Origin: an uncultured delta proteobacterium
GTDB taxonomy: Bacteria > Desulfobacterota > Desulfobacteria > Desulfobacterales > Desulfatirhabdiaceae
Assembly (NCBI GenBank): GCA_963789395.1
Contig: CAWBKP010000013.1
Coordinates: 64,001 to 128,000, forward strand
Direction of reading: 5' to 3'
DNA length: 64,000 nt
Shown: positions 1 to 10,426 of the stretch, piece by piece
How positions within the stretch are numbered: position 1 is the first letter of the stretch
How the letters are laid out: the number at the start of each line of letters is the position of its first letter
The notes under the pieces: model-generated
What the model saw: only the letters and a program-made list of their open reading frames with translations
Databases searched by the model: none
What the model was told of the DNA's origin: nothing
Program-made: the position numbers and the translations under genes

Positions 1-476
1 GATGTTCGAGCGATTTCGGAAATCTCGGAAAGGGTGATCTCCCTTGCCGTATTGATTCTGGCTGCACCCATATCTGCCCAGAATCCGGCGCCCTCAACAT
101 GGGTGATATTGGCCTGGGTGCTGACATGGATGGGAACCGTGGGAATGATGCGGCGGGCCATCATGAAGATTCCGGGATCGGCTACGATGACGGCATCCGG
201 CCCCAATCGCCCGATTTGTTCCAGATAGCCGGATATGGCATCCAGTTCGTGATTTCTGGGATAGATATTGCAGGCGACATACACTTTTTTCCCGAGATCA
301 TGGCTGAACCGGATCGCCGTATCCAGTTCGGATAGGGTGAAATTGCCGGAAAAATTCCGCAAGCTGAAATCCTTGCCGGCAAGATACACGGCATCTGCCC
401 CGTAATGCAGGGCGATTTTCAGCTTTTCAAAATTCCCGGCAGGCGCCAGCAGCTCGATTTTTTGATGTCTTTTCAA
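1..476 (-). CDS. U32 family peptidase-like protein (TrhP/YegQ-like), runs off the window
   Basis: Manual translation from TTG at 476: MKRHQKIELLAPAGNFEKLKIALHYGADAVYLAG...FSLRN...IHVSTQAN...RINTARE, the typical U32 N-terminus. Start overlaps the rfbD stop (TTGA). Absent from the ORF track. Confidence 0.9.
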   Translation of the reverse strand, partial: MKRHQKIELLAPAGNFEKLKIALHYGADAVYLAGKDFSLRNFSGNFTLSELDTAIRFSHDLGKKVYVACNIYPRNHELDAISGYLEQIGRLGPDAVIVADPGIFMMARRIIPTVPIHVSTQANITHVEGAGFWADMGAARINTAREITLSEISEIART

Positions 477-1357
477 GTCTCGGCCAGCATCTGGCAAAGC
501 GTTTTTTCAAGGCTTTCCCGCCAGGGTTTGGGAACAATCCCGAACTGGTTCTGAATTTTTTCGCAGTCCAGGGCGGAGTAGGCAGGCCGTTTTGCAGGCG
601 TTGGATACTGATCGGTAGTGATGGGATCCACCCGGGTGGTTTTCAACGGAATATAGGCTTTTGCGATATCCAGAATCGCCTGTGCAAATTCATACCAGGA
701 AATGACGCCTTTTCCGCAGTAGTGGTAAATCCCCCAGTCGATTTTCCCTTGTGTCCGGATGGCTTCCGCTATGGTCAATATGGCTTCGGCCAGATCCGCG
801 GCGCAGGTCGGGCTGCCCATCTGGTCCGAAACCACCCGCACCGTATCCCTTTCGGCTCCCAGCCTGAGGATGGTCCGGACAAAATTCTGGCCATGAAGGG
901 CATACAGCCAGGCTGTCCTGACAATAATGTGCCGGTTTAGAATCCTTTCCACCACGGCGTCTCCTACGGCCTTGCTTTTGCCATAAACGCTCATCGGCGA
1001 AATCGGATCTGTTTCCAGATAAGGCGATCGCTTTTTTCCGTCAAACACGAAATCGGTTGAAACATGAATCATGGGAATTTGCGCTTCCGCACAGACATGG
1101 GCGAGAATGGCAGGCCCCAGACTGTTGACTTTAAAGGCCGGCATCTCCTGGGACTCGGCCATGTCCACCTGGGTATAGGCCGCGCAATTGACAACCAGGG
1201 ATGCGCCCGAATCCCGGATAGCCGCCCGAACCGGATCGGGAAGGGTAATATCCACTTCCGGCAGATCAACAGGAAAAACCAAAACTCCTCTATCCGGACC
1301 CTGTCGCATCAATTCCGTTCCAAGCTGGCCTTTGGCGCCGGCAATCAAGATATTCAC
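473..1357 (-). CDS. rfbD: dTDP-4-dehydrorhamnose reductase
   Basis: GAKGQLG, NCAAYTQVD, STDFVFDG, YGKSK and DQMGSPT motifs. GTG start overlaps the rfbC stop (GTGA). Confidence 0.95.
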   Translation of the reverse strand: MNILIAGAKGQLGTELMRQGPDRGVLVFPVDLPEVDITLPDPVRAAIRDSGASLVVNCAAYTQVDMAESQEMPAFKVNSLGPAILAHVCAEAQIPMIHVSTDFVFDGKKRSPYLETDPISPMSVYGKSKAVGDAVVERILNRHIIVRTAWLYALHGQNFVRTILRLGAERDTVRVVSDQMGSPTCAADLAEAILTIAEAIRTQGKIDWGIYHYCGKGVISWYEFAQAILDIAKAYIPLKTTRVDPITTDQYPTPAKRPAYSALDCEKIQNQFGIVPKPWRESLEKTLCQMLAET

Positions 1358-1917
1358 GGGGCCACCTCCACCCGGGGGAACTGATGCGGCTGAAGCGCCG
1401 AAAGGCAGGGAAGCCGGTTGTCCTTGTCGGATATGATGGGCTCTGTTATGGGCCATTCGATGCCGATGGCCGGATCAGACCAGAGAATGCCGCCTTCATC
1501 GGCCTGCGCGTACAGATCCGAGCATTTGTAGAGGAACAGGGCGGTTTCGCTGAGCACGCAGAAACCGTGGGCGAATCCTTCGGGAACGAACAGCTGATGT
1601 TTGGTTTCGCTGGACAGATGGACCCCTGCCCACTGGCCGAATGTGGGGGAACCTTTTCGGATATCCACGGCCACATCGTAAATCTCGCCGGAAACCACCT
1701 GAACCAGTTTGGCCTGGGGCCGGGTGATCTGGAAATGAAGTCCTCTTAACGTGCCTTTCACGGAAAAGGACAGGTTGTCCTGGATAAAGGCTGTCGAAAT
1801 ACCGGCCTTCCGGTATCGCTCCTGGTGATAGGTTTCCATGAAAAAGCCGCGTTTATCTCCAAAAACGTCGGGCTCAACAATCAGCACTTCTTTTAAGGCT
1901 GTGGGGATGACATTCAT
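1354..1917 (-). CDS. rfbC: dTDP-4-dehydrorhamnose 3,5-epimerase
   Basis: FGDKRGFFME, QDNLSFS, LRGLHFQ, DVAVDIR, GFAHGF. Confidence 0.97.
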   Translation of the reverse strand: MNVIPTALKEVLIVEPDVFGDKRGFFMETYHQERYRKAGISTAFIQDNLSFSVKGTLRGLHFQITRPQAKLVQVVSGEIYDVAVDIRKGSPTFGQWAGVHLSSETKHQLFVPEGFAHGFCVLSETALFLYKCSDLYAQADEGGILWSDPAIGIEWPITEPIISDKDNRLPCLSALQPHQFPRVEVAP

Positions 1918-1995
1918 AACCGTTCCTTCTGCAATGGATCAAATTTGATGCCTGATGCGTTCTTTATCACAAGCGCAGTCCGATAAACAAGCGGA

Positions 1996-2884
1996 TTATG
2001 GCTGAATGGGTGATGCGGAAAGTTCTTTGGCGTGATAGGAACTTCGGACAAACGGGCCGCTGGCTACCTGTGAAAACCCCATGGCAAGCGCCTCCATCTT
2101 TCCAGGCGTCAAATTCATCCGGCGGTATAAACCGGGCAACGGGCAACTGATCTGAAGACGGCTGCAGGTACTGGCCAAGGGTCAGGATCTGACACCCTGC
2201 ATGTTGCAGGTCTTTCAGGGTCCGGCGAACCTCCTCGGGCGCCTCTCCCATTCCCAGCATCAGCCCGGATTTGGTCCGAATCCGCGTCCCGATTGCCGCT
2301 GCCTGTTCTATCAGCAGCAGGGACCGCGAATAAACAGCCTCCGGTCTGACCAAAGGGTAGAGCCTCGGTACGGTTTCCATATTGTGGTTCAGGACATCGG
2401 GTTTTGCATCCAGCACAATTTTAAGGGCCTCCGGGTTTCCCTGAAAATCCGGGATCAGCACCTCGATGCCGGCCTCCGGCATCAAGTTTCGCACCGCATT
2501 AATGACTTCGGCAAAATGACGGGCCCCGCCATCAAACAGATCATCGCGCGTAACGGATGTGATGACCACATAGGTCAGCCCCAGCTGCCGGGCGGTTTCC
2601 GCAACTCGGCACGGCTCCTGGGTATCCAGCGGTTGTACCGGCCCGTGATCCACGGCGCAGAACCGGCAGCTGCGGGTGCAGGAAGGCCCCATGATCAGAA
2701 AGGTCGCGGTTCTGCTGGAAAAGCATTCCCACTGATTGGGACATCTGGCTTCCTGGCACACCGTATGCAGCCGGCTGTCTTTCAGAAGGGTCCGGACGCT
2801 TTCATATTGAGGGCCGGAAGGAAGCCTGCGCCGGAGCCATGCCGGTTTTTGAATATATTTACAAGAGGGATGATTCGGATTCAT
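1996..2884 (-). CDS. lipA: Lipoyl synthase (frameshift near ~2095)
   Basis: TVCQEARCPNQWEC, CTRSCRFC, NHNMETV, GQYLQPS. C-terminal VASGPFVRSSYHA lies in another frame (ORF 1996..2178). Confidence 0.95.
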
Positions 2885-2907
2885 CGTTTCAGTGTATACA
2901 GGTGTGC

Positions 2908-3633
2908 TTAAAATTCCAGCAGCGCCTTCAACGCGGCTTCATCCGTCATGGCCAGGGCGGCACCGAACACGGCTTGCATGTGCCGGACCACGGCACGGCG
3001 GACATCGGCCATGGATATATCCCTTTTGGCCTCTTGAACCATGGATGTCATGCAAACGCCTTCAAGCCCGCAGGGGTTGATCCAGTCAAAGGGGGCCAGG
3101 GAAACCGAAACATTCAATGCCAGTCCGTGAAAAGCAACGGTCCTTCGTACCCGGATGCCGACGCTGCCGAGCTTGGCGTTACCGGCCCATACACCGCGGC
3201 CGGCCGGATTCCGGTCGGCTGAGATGTTCCAGTCGCCGGCCGTCCGGATCATAACTTCTTCCAGGGCTTGGACATATCCGGCAACCGAAACTCCGGCAAG
3301 CTTTAAATCGATCACCGGATAGACCACCAGTTGCCCGGGGCCGTGATAGGTGATGCTGCCCCCGCGTTCTGCCTGAATCACGGAAATGCCGGACTGCTCC
3401 AGAAACGCCTGCGTTACCTTCAGATTTTCCATCCCCCCGCGTTGTCCCAGGGTAAAGACCGGCGGATGCTCCAGCATCAGCAGCACGCCGGAAAGGGCGC
3501 CGAGGCTGACGATTTCCACCAGCTTGTGCTGAAGGGCCAGCGCATCCGGATACGGCACAGTCCCCAGATTTACGCCCTGCCACAAAACGGACGACGGGGG
3601 ACGGATGACAGATGACACCAGATCGCCTGTCAT
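2908..3633 (-). CDS. lipB: Lipoyl(octanoyl) transferase
   Basis: LEHPPVFTLG, RGGSITYHGPGQLVVYP, KLGSVG, HGLALN, INPCG. Confidence 0.95.
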   Translation of the reverse strand: MTGDLVSSVIRPPSSVLWQGVNLGTVPYPDALALQHKLVEIVSLGALSGVLLMLEHPPVFTLGQRGGMENLKVTQAFLEQSGISVIQAERGGSITYHGPGQLVVYPVIDLKLAGVSVAGYVQALEEVMIRTAGDWNISADRNPAGRGVWAGNAKLGSVGIRVRRTVAFHGLALNVSVSLAPFDWINPCGLEGVCMTSMVQEAKRDISMADVRRAVVRHMQAVFGAALAMTDEAALKALLEF

Positions 3634-3637
3634 GCAA

Positions 3638-5100
3638 TCATCCGGCAAGACATGGCTTTCTGGCGGCCGCCGTTTCATCGAGGCGCCTGACCTTGGTGCG
3701 GGCCGGAGCGGCGCGAAGAACATCGGGCGTCTCTTTTGCTTCAGCGGCAATTTTTTTCAAAGCGTCGATGTACTGATCCAGATCTTCCTTGGACTCGGTC
3801 TCGGTCGGCTCCATCATCAGCGCGCCATGGACCACCAGCGGAAAATAAATGGTCGGCGGATGATACCCGTAGTCCATGAGGCGCTTGGCGATGTCGAGCG
3901 TCGTCACGTTGTATTCCTGCTGATTGCGGTCCGAAAACACGCATTCATGCATGCAGGGCCTGTCGTATGCAAGATGAAACGTATCTTTTAGCTGCTCCTT
4001 CAGGTAATTGGCGTTCAACACCGCCAGCTGGCTGGCCATCTTGAGTCCATCGGCTCCCATGGACAGAATGTAGCTGTAGGCCCTGACCAGAACACCGAAA
4101 TGACCGTGAAAGGTCAGGAGCTTTCCGATGGATTCGGGGAACGCCTCGGACAGGGCATACTGGCCATCGTCCTTTTTTATGATTCTTGGAACCGGCAGAA
4201 AGGGCTCGAGATGTTTTTTAACCAGGACGGGCCCTGCTCCTGGGCCGCCGCCGCCATGGGGCGTTGAAAACGTCTTGTGAAGGTTCAGGTGAAGCACATC
4301 CACGCCGATCCGCCCCATATCGGCAATTCCCATGACCGCGTTCATGTTGGCGCCGTCCGCGTATACCAGCCCGCCTTTGGCGTGAATGATTTCGCAGACT
4401 GCCTTGAGATTGTTCTCGAAAAGCCCCAGCGTATTGGGATTGGTCACCATGATGCCTGCGGTATCTTCATCCATGAGCGCTGCGATGGCATCCGGAGACA
4501 GCATGCCTTCAGCGCTGGACGACACCGGAACCGGTCTGTACCCGCAAAGGGCCGCGCTGGCCGGATTGGTGCCATGGGCCGTATCGGGGATGATGATTTT
4601 GGAGCGGGGAACGCCTTTTTGTTTGAACCAGGCATGAATCACCAGCATGCCTGCCAGTTCTCCATGAGCTCCGGCTGCGGGCTGAAGCGAAACCGCATCC
4701 ATACCGGTAATTTCGGCCAGAAACCGCTCCAGATCCGCCATCAGCTTCAGCGCTCCCTGGCAGAGCGATTCCGGCAGCAGGGGATGGCTGCCAGCTAAAG
4801 CCCGAAAGCCCTGCCTGCCGTTCATTGGTTTTGGGGTTGTATTTCATGGTGCAGGACCCCAGCGGGTAAAGGCCCGTGTCCACACCAAAATTCCAGGTCG
4901 ACAGCCGGGTATAATGCCGGACCACATCGACTTCGGAAAGATCGGGAAAGTCCGGCCCGTCGCCGACAAGCTCCGCTGGCAGGGGGCTGATCCGGCACAT
5001 CGCTTTCGGGCATGGAAAACCCGCTTCTGCCTTTGCGGCCTTTTTCCCAGAGAAGTTTTTCGTTCAGGATCAGACCTGATGCGCCTAAGGTTTCATGCAT
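3638..5100 (-). CDS. gcvPB: Glycine dehydrogenase subunit 2 (frameshifted near ~5000 and ~4830)
   Basis: [59 protein letters not shown] across three frames. Confidence 0.95.
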
Positions 5101-6429
5101 GGAGTCACCTCCCGGATCAGGGCGTCCATATCTTCCCGGGACGCGGTTTCGGTCACGCAGAGCAGGTAATGATGGGACAGCTCCGGATAAAAGGCAGACA
5201 GCGGCAACCCGGCAACGATCTTATTTTCCAGCAGCCGCTGATACAGGGTTTCGAGTTCTTCTGGGAATTCCACGACGAATTCATTGAAAAACGGCCCCTG
5301 AAAAGGTATCTTGAATCCGGCTGACGAAAATCCCCGGCAAAGATAAGCTGCCTTGTCATGATTCAGCTTGGCCAGATCGCAAAATCCGCTTTTCCCGAGA
5401 GAAGCCATGTACATGGCGGCTGTCAGGGCGCAGTGACTGTTGTTTGAGCAGATGTTTGACGTGGCTTTTTCCCGGCGGATGTGCTGCTCGCGCGTGGCAA
5501 GGGTCAACACGAATCCGTCTTTCCCGTCCAAATCTTTGGCCTTGCCGATGAGCCGGCCGGGAAGATTGCGCATGTGTTCCTGGGTGCATCCCAACATTCC
5601 CAGTCCGGGTCCCCCGAAAGCAACGGGAATTCCCAGGCTCTGTCCCTCGCCGAACACGATATCCGCGCCCTGGCTTCCCGGATTTTTTAAAATTCCGTAA
5701 GCAATGGCCTCGGTAAATCCGGCAACAAACAGCGCGCCTGTTTCGTGCGCCTTTTGGCCGGCTGTCTTCAGATCTTCAATACATCCGAGAAAATTGGGGG
5801 ATTGCAGCGCAACCGCGGCGATATCGGCTGTTCCTTCCAGAAGGGAGAGATCCGTCAGCCCAGTTTCCAGAAAAGGCAGCTCTATGATTTCAAACCCCGC
5901 CGGCTCCAGATAGGTTCTGGCCACCCTGCGGTAAAACGGGTGAATCAGCGATGACAGCGCCACCCGTCTGCGCCGGGTTTTTCGAATGGCCATCAAAAGC
6001 GCTTCGCTCAGGGCCGTTGCACCGTCATAGTGGGAAGCCGTGACCACGTCCACACCCATGAGTCTTGCAGCCAGGGTCTGGTATTCGTAAATGGCCTGAA
6101 GGGTCCCCTGGCTGATTTCCGGCTGATAGGGCGTATAGGCGGTCAGAAATTCGGACCGGCTTTTCAGGGACGATACGGTTGCCGGAATATGGTGATCATA
6201 TCGGCCGGCGCCGATAAACATCTTGTACTCCGGAGAGACCGCCAGCGTGGCGGAAAGATTATCCATATGCCGGTTCAGCGCCCATTCGGTGAGCGCTTTG
6301 GGCAGATTCATGGCCCGCATGCCGCCGGCATTCTTCCGGAATACCGGAAAAAAGCGCCTCCAGACTGTCGGCGCCGATGACCTTCAACATGTGCTGAATC
6401 TGTTCCTGAGTATGGGGTAAAAACCGCAT
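5085..6429 (-). CDS. gcvPA: Glycine dehydrogenase subunit 1 (frameshift near ~6320)
   Basis: Starts MRFLPHTQEQIQHML at 6429; YTPYQPEISQGTLQAIYEYQ, TREQHIRREKATSNICSN. Confidence 0.95.
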
Positions 6430-6434
6430 GGCGA

Positions 6435-6833
6435 TTATCCTTTCAGCATGTCAAGGTATGCCTCCCGTGTCATGAGGGTTTTCAAAAAGCCCGGATCCGA
6501 CGGCTTGATGTGAATCATCCACCCGGCGCCATACGGGTCGGCGTTCACCACTTCCGGTGCATCGGAAAGCGCCGCATTGACGGCGACCACTTCTCCGGCA
6601 ATTGGCATAAACAGTTCGGACACGGCCTTGACCGATTCCACCGTGCCGAAGACCTCGCCGGTTTCAAAGCGGTCCTGAACCTGCGGCAATTCGACATAGA
6701 CGACATCACCGAGCTGGTCCTGCGCATAGTCGCTGATGCCGGCGATCACGATATCCCCTTCCAGTCTTGCCCATTCATGGTCTTTGGTGTAGCGGACATT
6801 CTCCGGAAAATTGAGTTCACTGATGTCTTTCAC
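6435..6833 (-). CDS. gcvH: Glycine cleavage system H protein
   Basis: YTKDHEW, GISDYAQDQLGDVVYVELP, lipoyl-Lys motif VESVKAVSE, NADPYGAGW. Confidence 0.97.
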   Translation of the reverse strand: MKDISELNFPENVRYTKDHEWARLEGDIVIAGISDYAQDQLGDVVYVELPQVQDRFETGEVFGTVESVKAVSELFMPIAGEVVAVNAALSDAPEVVNADPYGAGWMIHIKPSDPGFLKTLMTREAYLDMLKG

Positions 6834-6988
6834 GATTCACCTCCTGTTTGTTATGGTAAACTTGGCAGTTACCCCCCAGCCGGTTACCTGTATTCGGATT
6901 TCGCCTGAACAGAACACCAGGCAATTTATAATCCGACCTTCAGCCTTGCATTTTCAGCGAATGCACGCGTGTGGCGGCATCGCCAATT

Positions 6989-9958
6989 TCATATCCGGTT
7001 CAATGAAAGCGGGCCATCCGTTAACTTCTGGTTTGCGGCTTTCAGTTTTTCCTCCCCGGAGATGACCGCTACCCCTTTTCGGATACGCAGGGGATCCAGA
7101 TATTGTTGCGAAACCCGTATTACGTCTTCACGGGTCAGGGACAGAAGGTCGTGTTTAAACCGGCGTCTCAAGTCATCTGAAAGCAATACGATTTTTCGGT
7201 AAAACGCCTTTTTTGCGGCCGGCCCCGGCGAATCCGGCTTGTCGATATCCGCACAGACCTGAAGGATGCCTTCCTTGACATCCTCTGCACTGTAGTCGCC
7301 CGATGCCATAAACGTCATCGCCCCGGAAAACGCCTTCAACGTGGATACTATGTGCGGGTCCCGATAGGATGCAAAACTGAACACCCCGTCTTCAGGCGAG
7401 TAAATGGACATGCCGCCGTACGCCCCGCCTTTTTCACGGATTTCCCGGTGCAGATAAAGCGATCGGCTCATTTTGCTGACCAGCATCAGGGCCGGCGAAT
7501 CGGGATGGGACATGCGAACCGTTTCAAAAGACAAGGCCACAAAGGATACGGCAGAAGACGTGGACCAGCCTTCATGGGGAAGCCCTGCCCCGTCCGATTG
7601 CGTCAGGCTGTCAACTGCCTGACTGCCTTCAGGCAAGGCACGGTAAAGCGTTTCAGGCCAGTGGGAAGCATCCGAGAGCGGCCGGGTTTCACCAATCACG
7701 GCCAGCTTCAGGTTGTTTCTGGAAAACATCACCTTGCCGATGTCGGACAATTTTGCGGCAAGCGCGCCCAGGGATTGATCCGAAAGGTTCTGCGTCAGGT
7801 TTTGTATGGCTTTCAGCTGGTGAACCCCATGCCAGGTTTCGTTCAGGCTGCTGGAAGCTGAGAATCGTCTGGATGAAAGCGACATCGCCAGCCGGTGGCC
7901 GTTATGAACGATCATGGACTCCATGCCTGCCTGGTATTCCTGAATCAGCGTCTTTAGGCGGACAAGGTCAGAAAACCGGTGCTGGCTCAGGATTTCCTGA
8001 ATGATTTCAAACAGGCGATCCACGTTTCGCACCAAGCATTTGCCGTTTAACGTTACCAGGGGAAGGCAGGCGCCGGCATCATCGAATCGGGTACGGCTGT
8101 GGGTTGAAAAGCCGATACCGCCGGTATAGCGATCGATCCGGCGGGTCAGTTCCGTATAATCGCGAAGCGCCGTGCCGATCCTGGGAAGGGCGTAGCAAAA
8201 AAAAGGAACCAGCGGCTGCATGTCCGCCGAAAGCCCGCGGGCTTCGCTTGCAGCCGCAACATAAACAATGCCCGATGTCGGCTGATCATAATACAGCGCA
8301 GGGGAATCCTTTTCGGCAGGAAGCTCGGTAATCACCCGGACATCTCTGGGGATATCCACAATTGCCAGCGTCGGCAGGCAGGAGACATCTTCCTGTGTTT
8401 CCTGGCGGACCTCAAGCGCCGAAGCATATTGCGCCAGCTTTGCCAGATCTGCGTCCGAAAGGGTGGCGGCAACCGCATCCAGTTCCGCAGCCACCCGCTG
8501 GTTTTCCTTTTCTTCGATATGGGAATCCGGCTCAAGCGTCAGGAGCACCCGATGCGGATTGTCCAGAAAATAGGTTTGAATGCATTTTTCCAGAAAAGGC
8601 TCTTTGGCATTGGCTGTCTTCAGCTTGTCCATGAGAGCGTCCAGTTCCAGGATTTCTTCGGGATCACCGCCATGAAGCCAGGTTCCGGCAAAAGCCATCA
8701 GAAGCTTCAGCCCGTAGGGATAAGGGGTGTTGGTCACTTCCTTGCGATGGAATTCAATCTGGTGGATGGCGGACTCGATCAGTTCCTTGTCAATGCCGTC
8801 TTTGACCAGTTTTTCCAGCGTATCAAAGATCAGGGTCTGAATCCGGGCCGCATTCGATACATTGATATCCTTTAACCCGCAGCAGAATAACGCATCCCGG
8901 CAGTCCGCATCGAATCCGGACCCATCGCTCAGGGAAGACCCCAGTCCGGAATCCATCAGGGCTTTTCGAAGGGGGGATGCAGCATTTCCCAGCAGAATCT
9001 CCCCGAGCAGGGTCAGGACCAGGACTTCATAGGAATGGGTGATGTCGCAGGTCAGCCATGCCACGCAGGCCTGGCTTTTCTGGGAAGGATCCTGATTTTT
9101 ATCGAGGGCATAATAATAGGCGGCCTCCCGGGGCGCCTGCCATCTGGGCTGGGACGGCACCTCCGTACCCGGATCGATCCGCACAAACCGATTCAACACC
9201 TTGTCCTGAATAAACTGGAGATGATCTTTCAGCGGCAGATTGCCATAGGTATAGAAATATGCATTGCTGGGATGATAATGCCGGCTGTGAAAATGCTTCA
9301 GCTGATCCCAGGTCAGGCTGGGAATGACAGCGGGGTCTCCGCCGGAATTAAACCGGTAGGTGGTATCCGTGAACAGGGCATTCAGCAGGGATCTGGACAT
9401 CACCTGATCCGGAGACGACATGGCCCCTTTCATTTCATTGTAAACCACCCCTTTATACACCAGCTTTACCGGGTCCCGGACTTCGATTTCCAGACGATGG
9501 CCTTCCTGCATGAAACTGAGCTCATCCAGATTCGGAAAAAATGCCGCATCCAGGTACACCCCCATCAGGTTGTAATAATCTTTCGGGGTTTGGGTGGAAA
9601 AGGGATACATGGTCCAGTCGGAAGCTGTAAAGGCATTCATGAACGTGCTCAGGCTGCGCTTCAGCATCGAGAAGAACGGGTCCCGTACCGGATAATTGAC
9701 GGATCCGCAAAGCGCCGTATGCTCCAAGATATGGGCCACCCCGGTTGAATCCCGCGGAACGGTCTTAAAGGCCACGCCGAATGTATTTTCGGCATCGTCG
9801 TTCCGGATGTGGATGTGCCGGGCGCCGGTAGTAACATGCTCGAGTTCGTAAAACGTGCAGCGCAATTCTTTCAGCGCAACGACACGAAGAACATCGTATC
9901 CCAAAACCGTATCGCCGGCATGGAATAACTCTTCAACGGATTCCGTAATGCGTATCAT
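6989..9958 (-). CDS. M16C (insulinase/presequence protease-like) zinc metallopeptidase
   Basis: HILEH inverzincin motif, FMNAFT, GVVYNEMKG, IREKGGAYGG, SYRDP. Confidence 0.93.
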   Translation of the reverse strand: MIRITESVEELFHAGDTVLGYDVLRVVALKELRCTFYELEHVTTGARHIHIRNDDAENTFGVAFKTVPRDSTGVAHILEHTALCGSVNYPVRDPFFSMLKRSLSTFMNAFTASDWTMYPFSTQTPKDYYNLMGVYLDAAFFPNLDELSFMQEGHRLEIEVRDPVKLVYKGVVYNEMKGAMSSPDQVMSRSLLNALFTDTTYRFNSGGDPAVIPSLTWDQLKHFHSRHYHPSNAYFYTYGNLPLKDHLQFIQDKVLNRFVRIDPGTEVPSQPRWQAPREAAYYYALDKNQDPSQKSQACVAWLTCDITHSYEVLVLTLLGEILLGNAASPLRKALMDSGLGSSLSDGSGFDADCRDALFCCGLKDINVSNAARIQTLIFDTLEKLVKDGIDKELIESAIHQIEFHRKEVTNTPYPYGLKLLMAFAGTWLHGGDPEEILELDALMDKLKTANAKEPFLEKCIQTYFLDNPHRVLLTLEPDSHIEEKENQRVAAELDAVAATLSDADLAKLAQYASALEVRQETQEDVSCLPTLAIVDIPRDVRVITELPAEKDSPALYYDQPTSGIVYVAAASEARGLSADMQPLVPFFCYALPRIGTALRDYTELTRRIDRYTGGIGFSTHSRTRFDDAGACLPLVTLNGKCLVRNVDRLFEIIQEILSQHRFSDLVRLKTLIQEYQAGMESMIVHNGHRLAMSLSSRRFSASSSLNETWHGVHQLKAIQNLTQNLSDQSLGALAAKLSDIGKVMFSRNNLKLAVIGETRPLSDASHWPETLYRALPEGSQAVDSLTQSDGAGLPHEGWSTSSAVSFVALSFETVRMSHPDSPALMLVSKMSRSLYLHREIREKGGAYGGMSIYSPEDGVFSFASYRDPHIVSTLKAFSGAMTFMASGDYSAEDVKEGILQVCADIDKPDSPGPAAKKAFYRKIVLLSDDLRRRFKHDLLSLTREDVIRVSQQYLDPLRIRKGVAVISGEEKLKAANQKLTDGPLSLNRI

Positions 9959-9985
9959 CTCTGTTCCCTTTTGTGTAAAATAGTC

Positions 9986-10232
9986 TTAACTACTCAAGTA
10001 TACAGAATTCAGGAGTCAGAATTCAGAATGGCCCGCATGAAAGCTTTAAGCAATTTGCCGACGTCTTCAATCAAGCAGGTTGCTTAAAACATCACTATAA
10101 GCAATATCATGGACAATCATCAAACAGCAGCTCGATTCGTCGAGGAACCCTTGGGCAATATTGAAAAAACGAATTTGCAAGATCCCTCATTCTGTCTTCT
10201 GAATTCTGACTCCTGAATACTTAAGCAGTTAC
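9986..10232. mobile_element. MITE-like element with ~45-bp imperfect terminal inverted repeats built from heptamer units
   Basis: Left ttaactactcaagtatacagaattcaggagtcagaattcagaatg vs reverse complement of right gtaactgcttaagtattcaggagtcagaattcagaagacagaatg. Flanks aaatagtc/aaattgtc match 7/8 (possible TSD). Confidence 0.65.
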
Positions 10233-10426
10233 AAATTGTCAGCCAATCATATCGAGTCGGATGCACGACAACTTCCATGCGTTGTTGTTCAACCCATACT
10301 GCCCCTTTTGAATAAAGTTTTCAATTGAAATATTCTGCTGGAATCTACAGAATGGCATTGCATGAAAACGGCATAATACGTTATATATAGCGGTCAATAC
10401 ACTCTGATCTCACATAAAGCGCCCTC

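Noticed and set aside
1..476. U32 protein as UbiU/UbiV linked to ubiG
   Set aside because: The visible N-terminus looks like the general TrhP/YegQ type, and no ubiT/ubiV partner is visible. Not decidable from the partial gene.
6834..6988. Possible glycine riboswitch upstream of gcvH
   Set aside because: The conserved GGAGA/CCGAAG/CTCTCAGG arrangement could not be found on the minus strand.
9986..10232. CRISPR array
   Set aside because: The repeats are inverted or 7-nt tandem units without spacers, and there are no cas genes.
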